Below, one piece after another: positions 63,079 through 64,000 of a stretch of DNA of 64,000 nucleotides (positions within the stretch are counted from its first letter, which is position 1; every line of letters starts with the position of its first letter). The notes beneath the pieces are model-generated. The model ran no database searches. It was not told the origin of the DNA and was given only the letters and a program-made list of their open reading frames with translations. The position numbers and the translations under genes are program-made. The DNA is from Adineta vaga (lineage: Eukaryota > Animalia > Rotifera), in assembly GCA_021613535.1 (NCBI GenBank), contig CP075497.1:13640001-13704000 (forward strand). Reading direction: 5' to 3'.

Positions 63079-64000
63079 TATGCGCGCTAAATCAGTGAAT
63101 TTCGAATAAAGAAGGTTTATAAATGACGAATGAACGCTTGCGAGATGTTAACAGAATTTTACAGCAGAAAAAGGAATAAGCATGCGGAGTTATATATATA
63201 TATATATTAGTGAGAGTGCAAAAGGAGAAGCTGCCCGAACATTCCTTAGACAGAATTGCATCCGAACACACTAGTTAGAAGAAGAGAGAATACATATATT
63301 TTATACACAACAGTCAGCAGAACGCAAGAAAAGAGAGGTATATATGTGTCCAGTAGTGCTCACGGTAATACTGTGTTGATAACAACGTTTGAGGCGAAAG
63401 AAAACCGTTATGACCTTAATAAAAGAAAATATCATAACGGTCGAAAAAATGCTTTATTCGAAGTTTTCGAGATTCACTTTGTTCTATGTAGGTGACAATA
63501 ATCTATCGGATCACTAACTGTACCTGTTAACTCCGTTTTTCACGAACTTTCATTTGGTATAAATTCAATATTGATATCATTTGCCACTGGAGTTGTACCC
63601 CCTGAGCAAAACATTTTTTTTAACTCTGTAAAAGAGGCTAGAATGGTGAGAAATGCATATCCTTAAGAGGGTGCGAGAAATAACCTACCTTCTTCAGGAA
63701 ATAGTTCATCTTCCGCAGAATATGTGTCTTCCATATCTCTAAGACCATCTCCAGCATTTCTGACCTGCTAGATATGCGCTAACGAAAAGTTTTTACGTTA
63801 GCTGAAAGTTTCAATTGGAACTACCTTGATTTTCAAAATAGACTGAAATCAGAGGAAGACGTTTCCGTTCTTTATTATAACGTGAAATACTACCTATTTA
63901 GTAAATGTTTTTTAAAGTGCAAACCAGGTGGGATTATTTTTTAAAAGCATATATGAGAAGAAATCCGTCGGCATCTGCGTGATTATCACGTGGCTTTGCC

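Noticed and set aside
1-64000. tRNA or rRNA genes
   Set aside because: None recognised by eye; tRNAscan-SE and barrnap were not run.

Overview
AT-rich eukaryotic DNA with short GT-AG introns, most likely from a bdelloid rotifer. This is an inference from the intron-containing bacterial-type NRPS, the Athena-like reverse transcriptase, Penelope-type hammerhead ribozymes, TGAGGG/TGTGGG repeats and NHL and LRR-like gene remnants. Bases ~2733-48070 (+) hold the 3' part of one giant spliced non-ribosomal peptide synthetase gene: 20 visible exons, ~7,490 codons, 5' end upstream of the window. Its architecture is ...A0(half)-T0-[C-A-T]x6, ending not in a thioesterase or reductase but in a membrane-embedded epsilon-poly-L-lysine-synthetase (Pls/PosA, TIGR02353-like) terminal domain. 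The modules share nearly identical T-intron-C cassettes around divergent A-domain cores, are cut by phase-1 introns at two conserved sites, and have introns filled with transposons (a DD37D maT element, a CACTA/EnSpm-like element, several MITEs with target-site duplications). Three 1-nt frameshifts may be sequencing errors. Downstream (48-64 kb) is a subtelomere-like zone of decayed sequence: two hammerhead ribozyme motifs, telomere-like repeats, an ISL2EU-like THAP/SWIM pair, an Athena-like RT fragment, a DD37E Tc1-like element and several pseudogenes, including a decaying intron-rich fungal-type AA9 lytic polysaccharide monooxygenase that the ORF track does not reveal. All calls come from manual reading and translation; no searches were run.
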